Positions 19,295 to 28,909 of a stretch of DNA of 64,000 bases are shown one piece after another. The DNA is from a virus, in IMG/VR virus record IMGVR_UViG_3300046698_000540, positions 36,370 to 100,369 of that record; one strand, 5' to 3'. Position 1 is the stretch's first letter. Each line of letters begins with the position of its first letter. Both the position numbers and the translations under genes were made by a program. The notes under the pieces were generated by a model. It made no database searches. It saw nothing but the letters and a program-made list of their open reading frames with translations, and had not been told where the DNA came from.

Positions 19295-20236
19295 CTACGC
19301 CGACACGATCGGCAGAATGTTGTCGCCGTTGATGATCTTCGACCCCATGATCGAATACCACCCAAGCGAATGCTTGCGGCCGAAGTCCTCGACGCCGTTG
19401 TCCCGCATCTCGACCGGAAGCCCGACCGCCCATGCGTAACTGTTGTCGCCCATCAGGACCGCTTTGTACAGATTGACGGAGCCTGCGCCGGCCGTAACCA
19501 GGGTGGCATCGTAAGCCGGATCGGTGGAGAGAACCGCGCCATTGTTCATGTGCCCGGTGCCCACAAAACGAACATCGTCGAAGCGGCCGAGTTCGCCGCG
19601 GAAGAGCTGTTCGGTGGCGCCGTAAGTCGAAGCCGACACCCATTCCGGATCGCGCTTCAGGCTGGAAGCCTGATGCGGGTGAACGAAACAGGCGAAAAAG
19701 TCCCCATTGAACTTGGGAACGTTGAGGGTGTACAGACGCTCGACACCGGCGCGCAGGTCGTCGATGCGCAACGGCTGGGAAATGCTGGACAGCGGCCAGG
19801 CGCCGCCCGAGCCGATGGAGTTTGCCGATGCCATCACAGCATTGCGCAACAGCAAGTCGGTGACACGGGCGTAGTCGCGCCCCAACTGGTACGCGGCCTC
19901 GGTCAACACATCGTCGTATGCGGACTGGAGCAACAGTTCCGAAATGGCAATTGCGTTGCCATACTCGGTCACCGTTACAAAGACCTGCGAGGCGGTCATG
20001 GCCTGCGTGGTCATGTTGACGCCTTCGGTGAGGGGTCCGCCGAGCGCCAGGTTCTCGTAGATCGTGAAATAAATGGTCAGGCCGGGCTGCCGGGTCAGTT
20101 CGTCCTTGATGACGGCGAACTGCTCGAACCGCATGGCCGGAAGCGCGCGGTGCTGAATTTCGCGCGAATAGACGTTCAGAATTGCTTGCGGCAAACCGGT
20201 TACCACACCGGCTGTCGCCGTACCCGTAAGTGCCAT
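19295..20236 (-). CDS. Major capsid protein (N4-gp56-like, HK97 fold)
   Basis: EYGNAI, FVHPHQ..LKRDPEW, GELGRFDDVRFV, DFGRKHSLGWY motifs. Confidence 0.9.
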   Translation of the reverse strand: MALTGTATAGVVTGLPQAILNVYSREIQHRALPAMRFEQFAVIKDELTRQPGLTIYFTIYENLALGGPLTEGVNMTTQAMTASQVFVTVTEYGNAIAISELLLQSAYDDVLTEAAYQLGRDYARVTDLLLRNAVMASANSIGSGGAWPLSSISQPLRIDDLRAGVERLYTLNVPKFNGDFFACFVHPHQASSLKRDPEWVSASTYGATEQLFRGELGRFDDVRFVGTGHMNNGAVLSTDPAYDATLVTAGAGSVNLYKAVLMGDNSYAWAVGLPVEMRDNGVEDFGRKHSLGWYSIMGSKIINGDNILPIVSA

Positions 20237-20269
20237 TGACGTAGCTCCTTAAGCAAAGTCCTGCGCCTT

Positions 20270-21013
20270 TCAGCGCGGCTGCTTCATTGGGAGCCCTGCA
20301 TCCTGGAAAATCTTCGCTTTGATATCTTTCTTTTTCTGATCCCACTCTTGAGGGGACATGTCCCGCCAAGCTTCTAACCCGCCTGCTGTTACGGCTGCGT
20401 CACCTGAGGGTGTGCCCGGAAATACCGGTTTTGGCAGAGCTTCACGAAGTGGCGCCCCAAGTTCCTTTCTTACGCGCTCAGCTTCTCTGTCGGCGATTTC
20501 CTTGTACTTCGCCTTCGCGCGCTCGAAACTTGCCTGTAGCTCCTCGGGTGTGTTGCCGGCCACCATTTCCGGGATCAGCTCTTGTGTACTCTGGAGGAGG
20601 CCCGTGCGCTGCGCCTCAAGCCGATCTCTGCGGCGCTGCTCCTCATTTTCCTTGCGCTGATTGTCCAGCGCGTCGTCCATTGCCTTACTGAACTGGTCCG
20701 TCATGCTGGAAACCTGGCCCGTGAGGGCCGCGATTTGTTGTTCCAGCGTCTGAGCTTTCCGGCTTCCATCCTGCGCGGTCTCGAGGGCCGCGCGGGCGTC
20801 CGCCAGTTCCCGCTCCTTTTTCTGCAGGTCGGCTTTGTGACGTTCGATCTCGGGATAAAGCTTGGCCTTCTCATCCCGTCTGGCTTCTGCAAGCCTGCGT
20901 TCTACCTCTTCCGCCGAGATGCCCCCATTACCGGCTGCTGCCTGATGCGGCGGGGCTCCTGCGGGTGATCCTGGTTGTTCTCCGGCTGCTGGTGTGACCT
21001 GTGATGTTGCCAT
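20270..21013 (-). CDS. Capsid scaffolding protein
   Basis: Coiled coil; EKAKLYPEIE, LIPEMVAGNTPEELQASFERAK, DMSPQEW motifs; between portal and capsid. Confidence 0.8.
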   Translation of the reverse strand: MATSQVTPAAGEQPGSPAGAPPHQAAAGNGGISAEEVERRLAEARRDEKAKLYPEIERHKADLQKKERELADARAALETAQDGSRKAQTLEQQIAALTGQVSSMTDQFSKAMDDALDNQRKENEEQRRRDRLEAQRTGLLQSTQELIPEMVAGNTPEELQASFERAKAKYKEIADREAERVRKELGAPLREALPKPVFPGTPSGDAAVTAGGLEAWRDMSPQEWDQKKKDIKAKIFQDAGLPMKQPR

Positions 21014-21053
21014 GGTTTCCTTATCCTTCGTGAAAATTCTTCACCTAGCTGAA

Positions 21054-21239
21054 CTACGCCAGGCGGGGATCCACTGCCACCCGAACCAGGGCGTCCGGAT
21101 CGAGCGAGTTGGTGGTGGCCCGCGGAGTGGCGTCCGGGCGATACCCGGTCTTCCGCTGACTCTTGTTGGCGCCCGCTTCCACCCCGATGCCCCGTTCGTC
21201 ATTCACGCGGCCCGGCTGAGGGTTAATCGCTTTCTGCAT
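21054..21239 (-). CDS. Small hypothetical protein
   Basis: 61 aa with AAGGAGG RBS. Confidence 0.6.
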   Translation of the reverse strand: MQKAINPQPGRVNDERGIGVEAGANKSQRKTGYRPDATPRATTNSLDPDALVRVAVDPRLA

Positions 21240-21297
21240 GTTGCCTCCTTACTGTTCATACACCCTTTCGGGTCCAAAACACAACTTCATGCTACCA

Positions 21298-22872
21298 CTA
21301 CACTCCCGAGGCCTGCGCTCCTGCCTGTTTTTCGGCTTTGGCTGAGGACTCCTCGGCTGCCGCCGCCTCTGTCTTTGGCGGCTTTTTTCCGGGCGGCTTG
21401 GGACCTCCCGCACCGCCTGCTCCACCACTCACACCAGCTTCCTGAAGATTCACGGCGTGGTTCAACTGCAACTCGTTTTCTTGCTCTGTTGCCTTTTGAA
21501 GCTCTTCGTCCACTTCGTCCAAAACCTTTTGTGCGTCGCTCACATCCAACTCGGCTGGCGCGATGTCATCGTGGATCAATTCCCGCAAGATCATGGCCCG
21601 GGAAAGCAGTTTCATCTGCTGCATGACGGTCAGCTCGTTCAACCGAAGCTGCTTGTCGCGCGGCAGGGGGTCCGGCCACTTCACGCCGCTGTAGTAAGGC
21701 AGGGGACGGCCATTGGCCTTGTAGTCTCCCAAAATTTCCCGGACGCGGAGAATTTGGTAGTTCACGTACTGGATGCCCTTCGTATACGTGAGCCGCTTCT
21801 TCTTCATGTGCTCCAGGATCGGAGCGAACTGGATGGCCAGGGCAACGCCAGACGTATTCGAGATCGGAACGTCGCCCCCAAAGGCAACCTTCGGCATGGA
21901 GCCAAGCTGGAACAACGTGTCCTTCAGATTCATCAGGTACTCGCGTGCCGCCGCCAAATCGCCCTGCAGCTCCAGGTTCTCCACCCTGGCGTCCTTCGGC
22001 AGACCACTCCACACCTTACGGGCGCCTTTTTGCAGCGTGGAAGCCTTCGCGCCATAAATCACGGTCACCGGCGCCGCGTGGTAGTTGATGATGTCGCCCA
22101 AGTCGGTGGTCTTCTCGTTGAACTCCCGATTCGAGTCCACCACCTGGCCGATGTCCGACATGCCGAAAAATTCCGTGCCCACCATCAGGTTCGGAATATG
22201 CGTGAACGGAATTTCCCCCAAAAGGTTCGGCTTGGAATTGCTGATGGGCTGGCCGTCCCGCAGTTCCCAAACCTCATCCTTCGTCCAATACTGCCCCGCG
22301 ACGTAGGTCCGAACCCTGACGCGGCCGAAAGCATTGCTCACCACTTCCGATTCGGGCCACTGCACCAGCAAACCGGAAAATCCGCGGTCGGAATTTCTGA
22401 AAAAAATCGGGAAAACAAATTCGCTTGGAAAGACGGTCAACTTTACGCGATCGCCAAAGACCGCATCGTTGTCGATCCCGACGTTTACCCAACAGTCGCC
22501 TGTCACCCCTCCGACTTGGCCCATCTGGAAACCAAGCTGCCCAATGTGGTTTTTTTCCCACTCCTCGTTCAACAGGTCTTCGGCTGCCTGATAGGCGCTG
22601 CCGCGAAAATTCGCGTGGATCGTGAACTGATTGCCGAACAGATATTGCGAGTGCTTGTCCACGAAAAGCTGCACGAAGTTCGCGGTGGTCACAGGCTCGC
22701 CGGCCTCGGGAACATAGTTCCAGTGGTTGCCCTTGTAGAAGTTCCAGAGCCTGCCGTATTGCAGAATGCGGGCGGCGTTCTGATGCCAGATGTCTATTTC
22801 GTGCCCCGACGTGATCGGGTAGTCCCGGTTCACGCGATTCAGCGTGAACCTGGTCATGTCGCCCATGCTCAT
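21298..22872 (-). CDS. Portal protein (SPP1 gp6-like)
   Basis: WNFYKGNHW, GVTGDCWV, NLLGEIPFTHIPN, GMSDI, NTSGVAL motifs. Confidence 0.9.
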   Translation of the reverse strand: MSMGDMTRFTLNRVNRDYPITSGHEIDIWHQNAARILQYGRLWNFYKGNHWNYVPEAGEPVTTANFVQLFVDKHSQYLFGNQFTIHANFRGSAYQAAEDLLNEEWEKNHIGQLGFQMGQVGGVTGDCWVNVGIDNDAVFGDRVKLTVFPSEFVFPIFFRNSDRGFSGLLVQWPESEVVSNAFGRVRVRTYVAGQYWTKDEVWELRDGQPISNSKPNLLGEIPFTHIPNLMVGTEFFGMSDIGQVVDSNREFNEKTTDLGDIINYHAAPVTVIYGAKASTLQKGARKVWSGLPKDARVENLELQGDLAAAREYLMNLKDTLFQLGSMPKVAFGGDVPISNTSGVALAIQFAPILEHMKKKRLTYTKGIQYVNYQILRVREILGDYKANGRPLPYYSGVKWPDPLPRDKQLRLNELTVMQQMKLLSRAMILRELIHDDIAPAELDVSDAQKVLDEVDEELQKATEQENELQLNHAVNLQEAGVSGGAGGAGGPKPPGKKPPKTEAAAAEESSAKAEKQAGAQASGV

Positions 22873-22881
22873 ATTAGAGCC

Positions 22882-23301
22882 TCACTGTCCGTATCCTGCG
22901 TGCCCGCCTGGAAGTCCTGCGTGACCTAAGACGTTGAAATCCTGACCAGACTTGTGCGTTCTGCTCCCTCGCTCGCCTATGACAACTGGCAGTTTTGCCA
23001 TTCCCATCTCGCGTCCTATAGCCAGACGGTGGTGCCCGTCTTCTATATGGTAGTGTCCTTCACCCTCGTGGCGCAGAATGATAGGTGCCATACCGTGCTT
23101 GCGTACGTGCTCCTTGAACTTTTCCAAATAGGGGCGCTCGAATTTCTGAATGGAAGCGACCCTACCTGCATCCTGCAACTTCATCAGGTGTGCCTTGGTG
23201 GCCATAAAGCCCGAGGCACCTTGAGACTCGTGGATTGCTCGAGCAGCTCTGTGCGCTTCGCGCCGCTCGTGATCATCCCGTGCTTCTTCATCAACCGTCA
23301 T
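22882..23301 (-). CDS. ParB/sulfiredoxin-like domain protein with conserved C-terminal tag (copy 3)
   Basis: PIIL..YHIEDGHHRLA..LPVVI; ends KSGQDFNVLGHAGLPGGHAGYGQ; start via ATGA overlap. Confidence 0.75.
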   Translation of the reverse strand: MTVDEEARDDHERREAHRAARAIHESQGASGFMATKAHLMKLQDAGRVASIQKFERPYLEKFKEHVRKHGMAPIILRHEGEGHYHIEDGHHRLAIGREMGMAKLPVVIGERGSRTHKSGQDFNVLGHAGLPGGHAGYGQ

Positions 23302-24536
23302 TTCCGCACTGTCTCCGTGAGGATAGCTTGCTCGATCTGACTCCAGACCGCTTCCCATCGGTAATGCTGGCGGTAGAACGTCTTAGCCCGAAGAACGTGG
23401 TTCGACTCCATCGTGTGCACGATGATCTTCGCCATGTCCCGGAAAAAAGCCGCCTTGTCTGGCATCTCCACCTGCTGCTGGTAGCTGCCGAACGTGAAAT
23501 GCAGAGCGCTCCCTGGGCCGGCGATTTCCTGGAACATGGGCAGATTTTGGTTCAGCACCAAAAGCTGTCCACACAGAGCCGCCTCTGCGGGCGCGTATCC
23601 AAAAGATTCTGACTTCGATGGGCAAATAAAAAGGTTGCCTATCTGCATCAAATCGTGCACCACGGCCTGTGAAACTCCAACCTCAAACTCGGGATCGAAC
23701 CGGCTGGTGAAAATCACTTCCCGGTCAGTGAGCCCCTGGTCGAACGCGTGGTTGATCAGAAACTTCACGTCGGCCCGGCGCTCATCCGTGTTGCACCAAG
23801 CGTTGCAGAAAATCAGGCGCACGCTTTTTCCGTGGCGTTTCAGTTGGCCGAACAACTCGATCACTTCCTTGGCGCCTTTTGGCTCGTAGCGATCGGTGGG
23901 GATCGGGTACACCTGAATGATGTCCGCCGCCAGCACGTCGTACTCGGTCACCAAACGCTCCGCCAGATCGGTGCGGAACATGTACTCGCGGGGATCTTTT
24001 GAATGCGGAATTATCAGCACGTTCTCCTGCCAGGTCCGAAAATGTTCCGCGCATCGAATGCGGTCCTGGTGGTTCGGATAAACGAGCTTCCCGTTGGGTG
24101 GCACCCGCCAGTAATCGCGCATGCCTCCACCCGGAACGGAATGCACCCAGTGAAAATGCGGAAAAGGCCAGAACGTAGCCGCTTCCTGCATTCCCAGGTT
24201 CAGCGGCAAATTCCAGCCCGTGAATAGAATGTCGTGCGAGAACAGGGCGTTCAGATCGCCGAGGCTGCCGGCCATCCACCGGCAAGCTGCTCTGCCCACG
24301 TCGATATGCTCCATGGGCAGTTCCGAAAGGCTTTTGTAATCCTTCTTGGCCCAAACAGGCAGCCCGGCGCGGATCTCAACCCAATCCGGCGCCTCGGGCC
24401 ATTTGAAATCTTCAAGCCCAATCAATACGGGCGTGTGACCAGCGTGGTGAATCATCCGCAACTGCCCGAGCACCACAGCGGTTAAGCTGTAGTGATCCAA
24501 CATTGCGGAGAAGGCCGTCAAAAGTCCAATTTTCAT
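23298..24536 (-). CDS. Glycosyltransferase, GT-B (GT4-like)
   Basis: NLFICPSKSESFGYAPAEAALCG = E-x7-E signature. Confidence 0.8.
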   Translation of the reverse strand: MKIGLLTAFSAMLDHYSLTAVVLGQLRMIHHAGHTPVLIGLEDFKWPEAPDWVEIRAGLPVWAKKDYKSLSELPMEHIDVGRAACRWMAGSLGDLNALFSHDILFTGWNLPLNLGMQEAATFWPFPHFHWVHSVPGGGMRDYWRVPPNGKLVYPNHQDRIRCAEHFRTWQENVLIIPHSKDPREYMFRTDLAERLVTEYDVLAADIIQVYPIPTDRYEPKGAKEVIELFGQLKRHGKSVRLIFCNAWCNTDERRADVKFLINHAFDQGLTDREVIFTSRFDPEFEVGVSQAVVHDLMQIGNLFICPSKSESFGYAPAEAALCGQLLVLNQNLPMFQEIAGPGSALHFTFGSYQQQVEMPDKAAFFRDMAKIIVHTMESNHVLRAKTFYRQHYRWEAVWSQIEQAILTETVRK

Positions 24537-24605
24537 GCCTCTCCAATCGAATGCGGGCGGCGCTTTTTTGGGGCGCCGCCTACACGGAGGTTAGCAGGTT
24601 TTCGG

Positions 24606-25544
24606 TCAGATGACCGGGCCATGGTAGCTTCGCCTGCGAACCGACGACGCTACTTCTTGCTGAGGTTCCTCGACCAGCGGCCCATCTTCAACGTAGGGGC
24701 CCACCAGAGCCATCAGGATCTGGGTATTCACATTGCCCAACCCCAACAGCTCGAACAGCTTGCCGTAGTTGATCTGCCACGGCTCATTCTCCGGAACAGG
24801 ACCGCCAACAACAACGGCTTCCGGATAGCGCTCGTAAACTTCTTGCGCGAGAAGACCCACGTATACTTTCTTTTCGAGGTCGGCCTTGAAATAGAACGCG
24901 TACACGTTCAAGCCGAACACCTGTGCGATCTTGGACAGGATCTCCTTCAACCGGGCATCCGAGGTCGTGGTAGTCGTAGTGGTTGAAGTCGTAGTGGTCG
25001 AAGTCGTAGTGGTCGTGCTGGTCGAAGTGGTGCTGGAACTGGTCGTGCTCGTCAACCCGGTGAACGTGTTGACGAAAACCGCCAGCCAACTGCCGCCGCG
25101 GACATAGTTGTCAACCAGCTTTTTCGCCAGCCATTGGGAAATGTCCGGCGAAGGAATCATCGCGTATGCTCTTTCCACGATGTCCCTTTGGCGCACGATG
25201 CACGTGTAGGTGACACCGCCGATGGTCCCCGTGATCTGCACCCGGTCGTAGCCTGCCACCAGGGAGTAGCACGTCGCCTTGTTGCCAAATGTCACCGCAA
25301 CCTGCGTCGTCGAACGCGGGTGTGTGATGTTGACCGTTCGGCTTGCCACGAGATTGTTGATGAGCTGGTCCATGCGGGCCCAGTCATCCAAGAACGCTTG
25401 CGCCACGCTGGTACCCGTCAGTTCCGTGGGGTTGAAAGGCTTGGTCCATTCCATCAGATGCGAATTGCCGTCAACCGTACCCGACAAGAGCCAGGAGCCT
25501 TCGGCATCGAAAGGAACAGCCGCTGTAATAATCACTGTAGACAT
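24606..25544 (-). CDS. Virion fibre-like protein with poly-Thr tract and C-terminal self-cleaving chaperone (peptidase S74-like)
   Basis: Start MSTVIIT after GAGGAGG; ~30-aa T/S tract then SDARLK...GLLAQEV...PEAV...INYGKL. Confidence 0.75.
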   Translation of the reverse strand: MSTVIITAAVPFDAEGSWLLSGTVDGNSHLMEWTKPFNPTELTGTSVAQAFLDDWARMDQLINNLVASRTVNITHPRSTTQVAVTFGNKATCYSLVAGYDRVQITGTIGGVTYTCIVRQRDIVERAYAMIPSPDISQWLAKKLVDNYVRGGSWLAVFVNTFTGLTSTTSSSTTSTSTTTTTSTTTTSTTTTTTTSDARLKEILSKIAQVFGLNVYAFYFKADLEKKVYVGLLAQEVYERYPEAVVVGGPVPENEPWQINYGKLFELLGLGNVNTQILMALVGPYVEDGPLVEEPQQEVASSVRRRSYHGPVI

Positions 25545-25581
25545 GGTTTTCTGCTTACCTCCTCTTTTCGTCAATGAAGCG

Positions 25582-25785
25582 CTATCGTGTTTCGGTGTCC
25601 ACGCGGGTACGCTCCTGGCTCGCGCGGTTCTGATCGCCATGCCCTCCCGGAGGGGGACCTTTCCGCGGACTTCCTACTCGGGAGCCTGGAGGAACGCGGG
25701 GATTTCCGGGCGGCGTAGAAAAACCGCGGCCGGAGGTATTGTCTTGCGAGAATGCGCCCTCGCCGGGGCGCGCTTTGACTGCCAT
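25582..25785 (-). CDS. Small Pro/Gly-rich hypothetical protein
   Basis: 67 aa, GGAGG RBS, packed in operon. Confidence 0.5.
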   Translation of the reverse strand: MAVKARPGEGAFSQDNTSGRGFSTPPGNPRVPPGSRVGSPRKGPPPGGHGDQNRASQERTRVDTETR

Positions 25786-25788
25786 AGC

Positions 25789-25986
25789 TTATTCCTCCTT
25801 GGCGCCTTCGTGCTCTTCCTTGGCGGCCTGCTTGTGCTTGTGGTGCTGGGCCAGGTGGTGCTTGTGCTTCGCCGAGTGGTGCTTCTCTTCGTCCCACTCT
25901 CCCTGTTTGGCCGCTTCGTCCGCCAGGCCTTTGTGATGCTCCGCGAGCTTGCCGTGCATATCTGCTTCGTCACAATGAGAACACAT
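25789..25986 (-). CDS. Small His-rich protein
   Basis: 65 aa, GAGGAGG RBS, CxxC plus many His. Confidence 0.6.
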   Translation of the reverse strand: MCSHCDEADMHGKLAEHHKGLADEAAKQGEWDEEKHHSAKHKHHLAQHHKHKQAAKEEHEGAKEE

Positions 25987-25995
25987 GGTTCCTCC

Positions 25996-26457
25996 TCAGA
26001 AACTTCCGGTATACCCAGACAGTGGGCCGGTCAGGCTCTGCTTCGCCAGCAGGGCGAGGATCTGTGCCACTCGCTGCGTGAAGAGCGGCGTCGTCATCAG
26101 CGACCAGTCCAGGAAGCTCACCGTGCTCATGGTGATCGTGAAGGACGTGCTGTACACCGTGGCCGTGATCGACACCTGACCGTAGCCCGGATTCGTAACC
26201 GGCGATGCACCAAATGTCACCGTTGGTAAATCCGGCAGATTGGAAACCGTAACCACCTGATTCGCCAACTGCGCGATCGCCGCAAGGTAGGCCGCGATTT
26301 CGGCCAAGACCATGGCGGCCAGTTTGGACGCCGGCATGGAGATTTGATCGAGGGCCACGTTGTCTTTGGCGTACAAATAATTGGTCACCCCGCCGCCCGT
26401 TGCTTTCACGTAGAGCCGGTTCAGATCCGGGTCCACGCTGAGACTCGTTACTGTCAT
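25996..26457 (-). CDS. Putative virion protein, paralog of the 24606..25544 N-terminal region
   Basis: VTFG..GYGQVSITAT aligns with VTFG..GYDRVQITGT; AGGAG RBS. Confidence 0.55.
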   Translation of the reverse strand: MTVTSLSVDPDLNRLYVKATGGGVTNYLYAKDNVALDQISMPASKLAAMVLAEIAAYLAAIAQLANQVVTVSNLPDLPTVTFGASPVTNPGYGQVSITATVYSTSFTITMSTVSFLDWSLMTTPLFTQRVAQILALLAKQSLTGPLSGYTGSF

Positions 26458-26466
26458 AAAACGCTC

Positions 26467-26796
26467 CTATTGACTGATTTTTCCGCGCGCCTCGGCGCGG
26501 CGTTGCTGAAACTCGCTGCCCCGGTACTCTTCCCGGCCGTCGTGCATCTCGTGGGTCGCCGCCGGCGCATGGCCCGGTTCGCCAAGCACGAAGTGATCCT
26601 GGAAGGAAATAGCCGTGCCCACCTTGGCCAGACCTTGAACAGCACCTCTCACAGACCACTTGTGCGGGGTTTTATCCAGATGTCCAGGGGCTTTGTGCTT
26701 GTGCGTTTCGACCAGACCACAATCCGTGCACACCCTTGGTTCGGGGCTGCCCGTCATGAAATTTGCGAACTTTTGACCTTTGCTTCGAATGCTCAC
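26467..26796 (-). CDS. His-rich hypothetical protein
   Basis: 109 aa, CTDC motif, overlaps upstream stop. Confidence 0.55.
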   Translation of the reverse strand: MSIRSKGQKFANFMTGSPEPRVCTDCGLVETHKHKAPGHLDKTPHKWSVRGAVQGLAKVGTAISFQDHFVLGEPGHAPAATHEMHDGREEYRGSEFQQRRAEARGKISQ

Positions 26797-27092
26797 ATGG
26801 ACCTCCCGTAGCCGGCGTGCCCGCCCGGCAACGCGGCATGGCCCAGAATGTTGAAGTCTTGACCGGACCGCTCTAAACTGGATTTGGCGCCTGTTCTGGC
26901 AAACTTCAACTGGGAATGCGTTTGCCTGTGCGGGCCGAACCGCGGTTCTGCGCCGGCCTTTTTCGCCTTAGCACTCCAGTTCTTTCCGTGGTGTGCCTTC
27001 AGCATTTTCTTGTGCTCTGGGGTGGCTCGACCTTGTGCATGAGCCTCTTCCGCTTCCGTTAAAAAATCCGCTGTTCTGGACATGGCCCTCAC
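26793..27092 (-). CDS. Basic protein with conserved C-terminal tag (copy 4)
   Basis: Ends RSGQDFNILGHAALPGGHAGYGRSM. Confidence 0.75.
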   Translation of the reverse strand: MRAMSRTADFLTEAEEAHAQGRATPEHKKMLKAHHGKNWSAKAKKAGAEPRFGPHRQTHSQLKFARTGAKSSLERSGQDFNILGHAALPGGHAGYGRSM

Positions 27093-28909
27093 AATCTATG
27101 AAACGGCATTTCACGATCCGACGCAAGTCCTCGCTGGTGGCGGCCCTTGCCGGGATTCAGGAAGAAGTTGTCGTGCTCCTCGATCTCCCTGTTCTCATCG
27201 GCAACAAAGTCGCACGCCAAACAGCCAAGCATCAAGCTGGAACAGAAGTCCTTATAGGAGGTCTCGTCCCCGGCCTCCACGGCCAAATAAGCGCCACGGT
27301 AGACCTTTTGCAGATTCGTCATCTGCGAGACGAAATTGCGCTGCTTCTGGCCCTTTCGGGCTCGTTCGCTGTTGGGGTATTCGAATCGTTCGTTCTGCAG
27401 GTCCGCTAGAAGGCGTGAGTAACCGTCGTGGTTGGTCGATTGGTCCGCAATGAACCGTATCAGCTCCAGCTCGTTCGCGGCAATTTGCGCCTGGAAATAA
27501 TTCTCCAGCATATCCGCCATTGCCTCGCCGACGCCCGTGGCGTCGATCATGATCCGCTTCAATCCCCGGTAGTTGACCAAGAAGTCCCGGATCTGGCTGA
27601 ACTGCGCGACATAATCGTCGCCAGTGATCTGCAGCCAGTTCAAAACCCGCTTGTGGCACCGGAAGTCTCCTTCGCCTACATAACCACCTTTAGTGTAGTC
27701 CGGTTGCACCACCGTTACAACCGTGGAGCTTTCCGCCTTCCCAACGTCGATTCCCACATAAATCACGTTCACCGGATCGTAGGTCACCGGCGAATAATTT
27801 TTCCCCATCAGGTCGAACAGAGTGGGCTCGACGAACATGCCCCTTTCGAGAATCCAGTGGAGGCGGTACGACAGCCTGAACTCGTCGGAGTCGTACCCCA
27901 ACTCGGCCATCTTTTTCTGGATGTGAATTCGATACCACTGGTTCGCTCTCGCGGCCACTTCAAAGTCGTACTGGAAATGCAGCTTGAGGGTCTGATCTTG
28001 CTGCTTGACGTCCTCCCGAACATTCTGCTGGCACTTGTCGTAGAAGGCGGACCTGGTCATATTGCAGGTCCCGATCTGTACGAAGCTGGCGGCCGTGGAG
28101 GCTGCCATGGGCACGATCGACTTGCGCCACACGTACGCGTTGATGTCCTGCGCCTCTTCTCCAATAATCAGGTGCCAGCTTGCGCCTTCGATCTTGGCCT
28201 GGAGGGCGGAGGAATGGCATTTGGCATACGACCCATTGGGCAATTCCGCTCTGGCGGAATCTTTTTTGTCGTCCATCTCGATCCCTATTTCGTCATCCGC
28301 CAGCACTTCATGGGCGTGCTCCGAATGCAGGTAGTGCAGGATCTTGTCGAACAACAGGCCTGACTGCTCGTGGGATGGGGCGTAAATTCCGACCCAAAAG
28401 CCATTCTTGAATTTCTGAATGCGGGGATCCGCGAACACGGGCGGCGAATTTTCCTTATCCGGATTCGTAGTGATCTGCGCCAGCAGGGGAAGCATTACCA
28501 TCATGCCGTCCACGATGACGGCCACCACAGTGGATTTCCCAGACTGGCGCGAAAACAGACCCGTGACATCTTCCGAATCCGACCGCAGCACCGAAAGAAT
28601 CACGCGCTGCCCAAATTCCCGCTGGTACGCGTGAAGCTGGATGTCAGCCATCATTTCGCTGAACGCCAGAATCGCTTTAGCCAGCTTCCGGAGCTGAACC
28701 TTGGACAGGTGCTTGATCTGCTGCTGGCGCAAGTCCTCGCCGGCAAGCGCATCTCTTACCTGGCCGGAAAGTTTTTCCTCGGAACGAAGGCCCGGCTTTT
28801 CATCGGTAACTACCGTACGGGCCTCCAGGGGTGAGCGTGTAAGCGATACGTCCAGCACACGTGCGGAAAATAGCCGAACACCACGCCGGCGTCCAACAAG
28901 GAAAGCCAC
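27089..28909 (-). CDS. terL: Terminase large subunit (start uncertain)
   Basis: Walker A SRQSGKS, Walker B IIGEEAQD, nuclease VGIDVGK and IDATGVG. Confidence 0.92.
   Translation of the reverse strand: MAFLVGRRRGVRLFSARVLDVSLTRSPLEARTVVTDEKPGLRSEEKLSGQVRDALAGEDLRQQQIKHLSKVQLRKLAKAILAFSEMMADIQLHAYQREFGQRVILSVLRSDSEDVTGLFSRQSGKSTVVAVIVDGMMVMLPLLAQITTNPDKENSPPVFADPRIQKFKNGFWVGIYAPSHEQSGLLFDKILHYLHSEHAHEVLADDEIGIEMDDKKDSARAELPNGSYAKCHSSALQAKIEGASWHLIIGEEAQDINAYVWRKSIVPMAASTAASFVQIGTCNMTRSAFYDKCQQNVREDVKQQDQTLKLHFQYDFEVAARANQWYRIHIQKKMAELGYDSDEFRLSYRLHWILERGMFVEPTLFDLMGKNYSPVTYDPVNVIYVGIDVGKAESSTVVTVVQPDYTKGGYVGEGDFRCHKRVLNWLQITGDDYVAQFSQIRDFLVNYRGLKRIMIDATGVGEAMADMLENYFQAQIAANELELIRFIADQSTNHDGYSRLLADLQNERFEYPNSERARKGQKQRNFVSQMTNLQKVYRGAYLAVEAGDETSYKDFCSSLMLGCLACDFVADENREIEEHDNFFLNPGKGRHQRGLASDREMPFHRL

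Noticed and set aside
24961-25055. gtcgtagtg-type tandem repeat as a non-coding repeat or contingency locus
   Set aside because: It is the in-frame coding sequence of the Thr/Ser tract with mixed synonymous codons.
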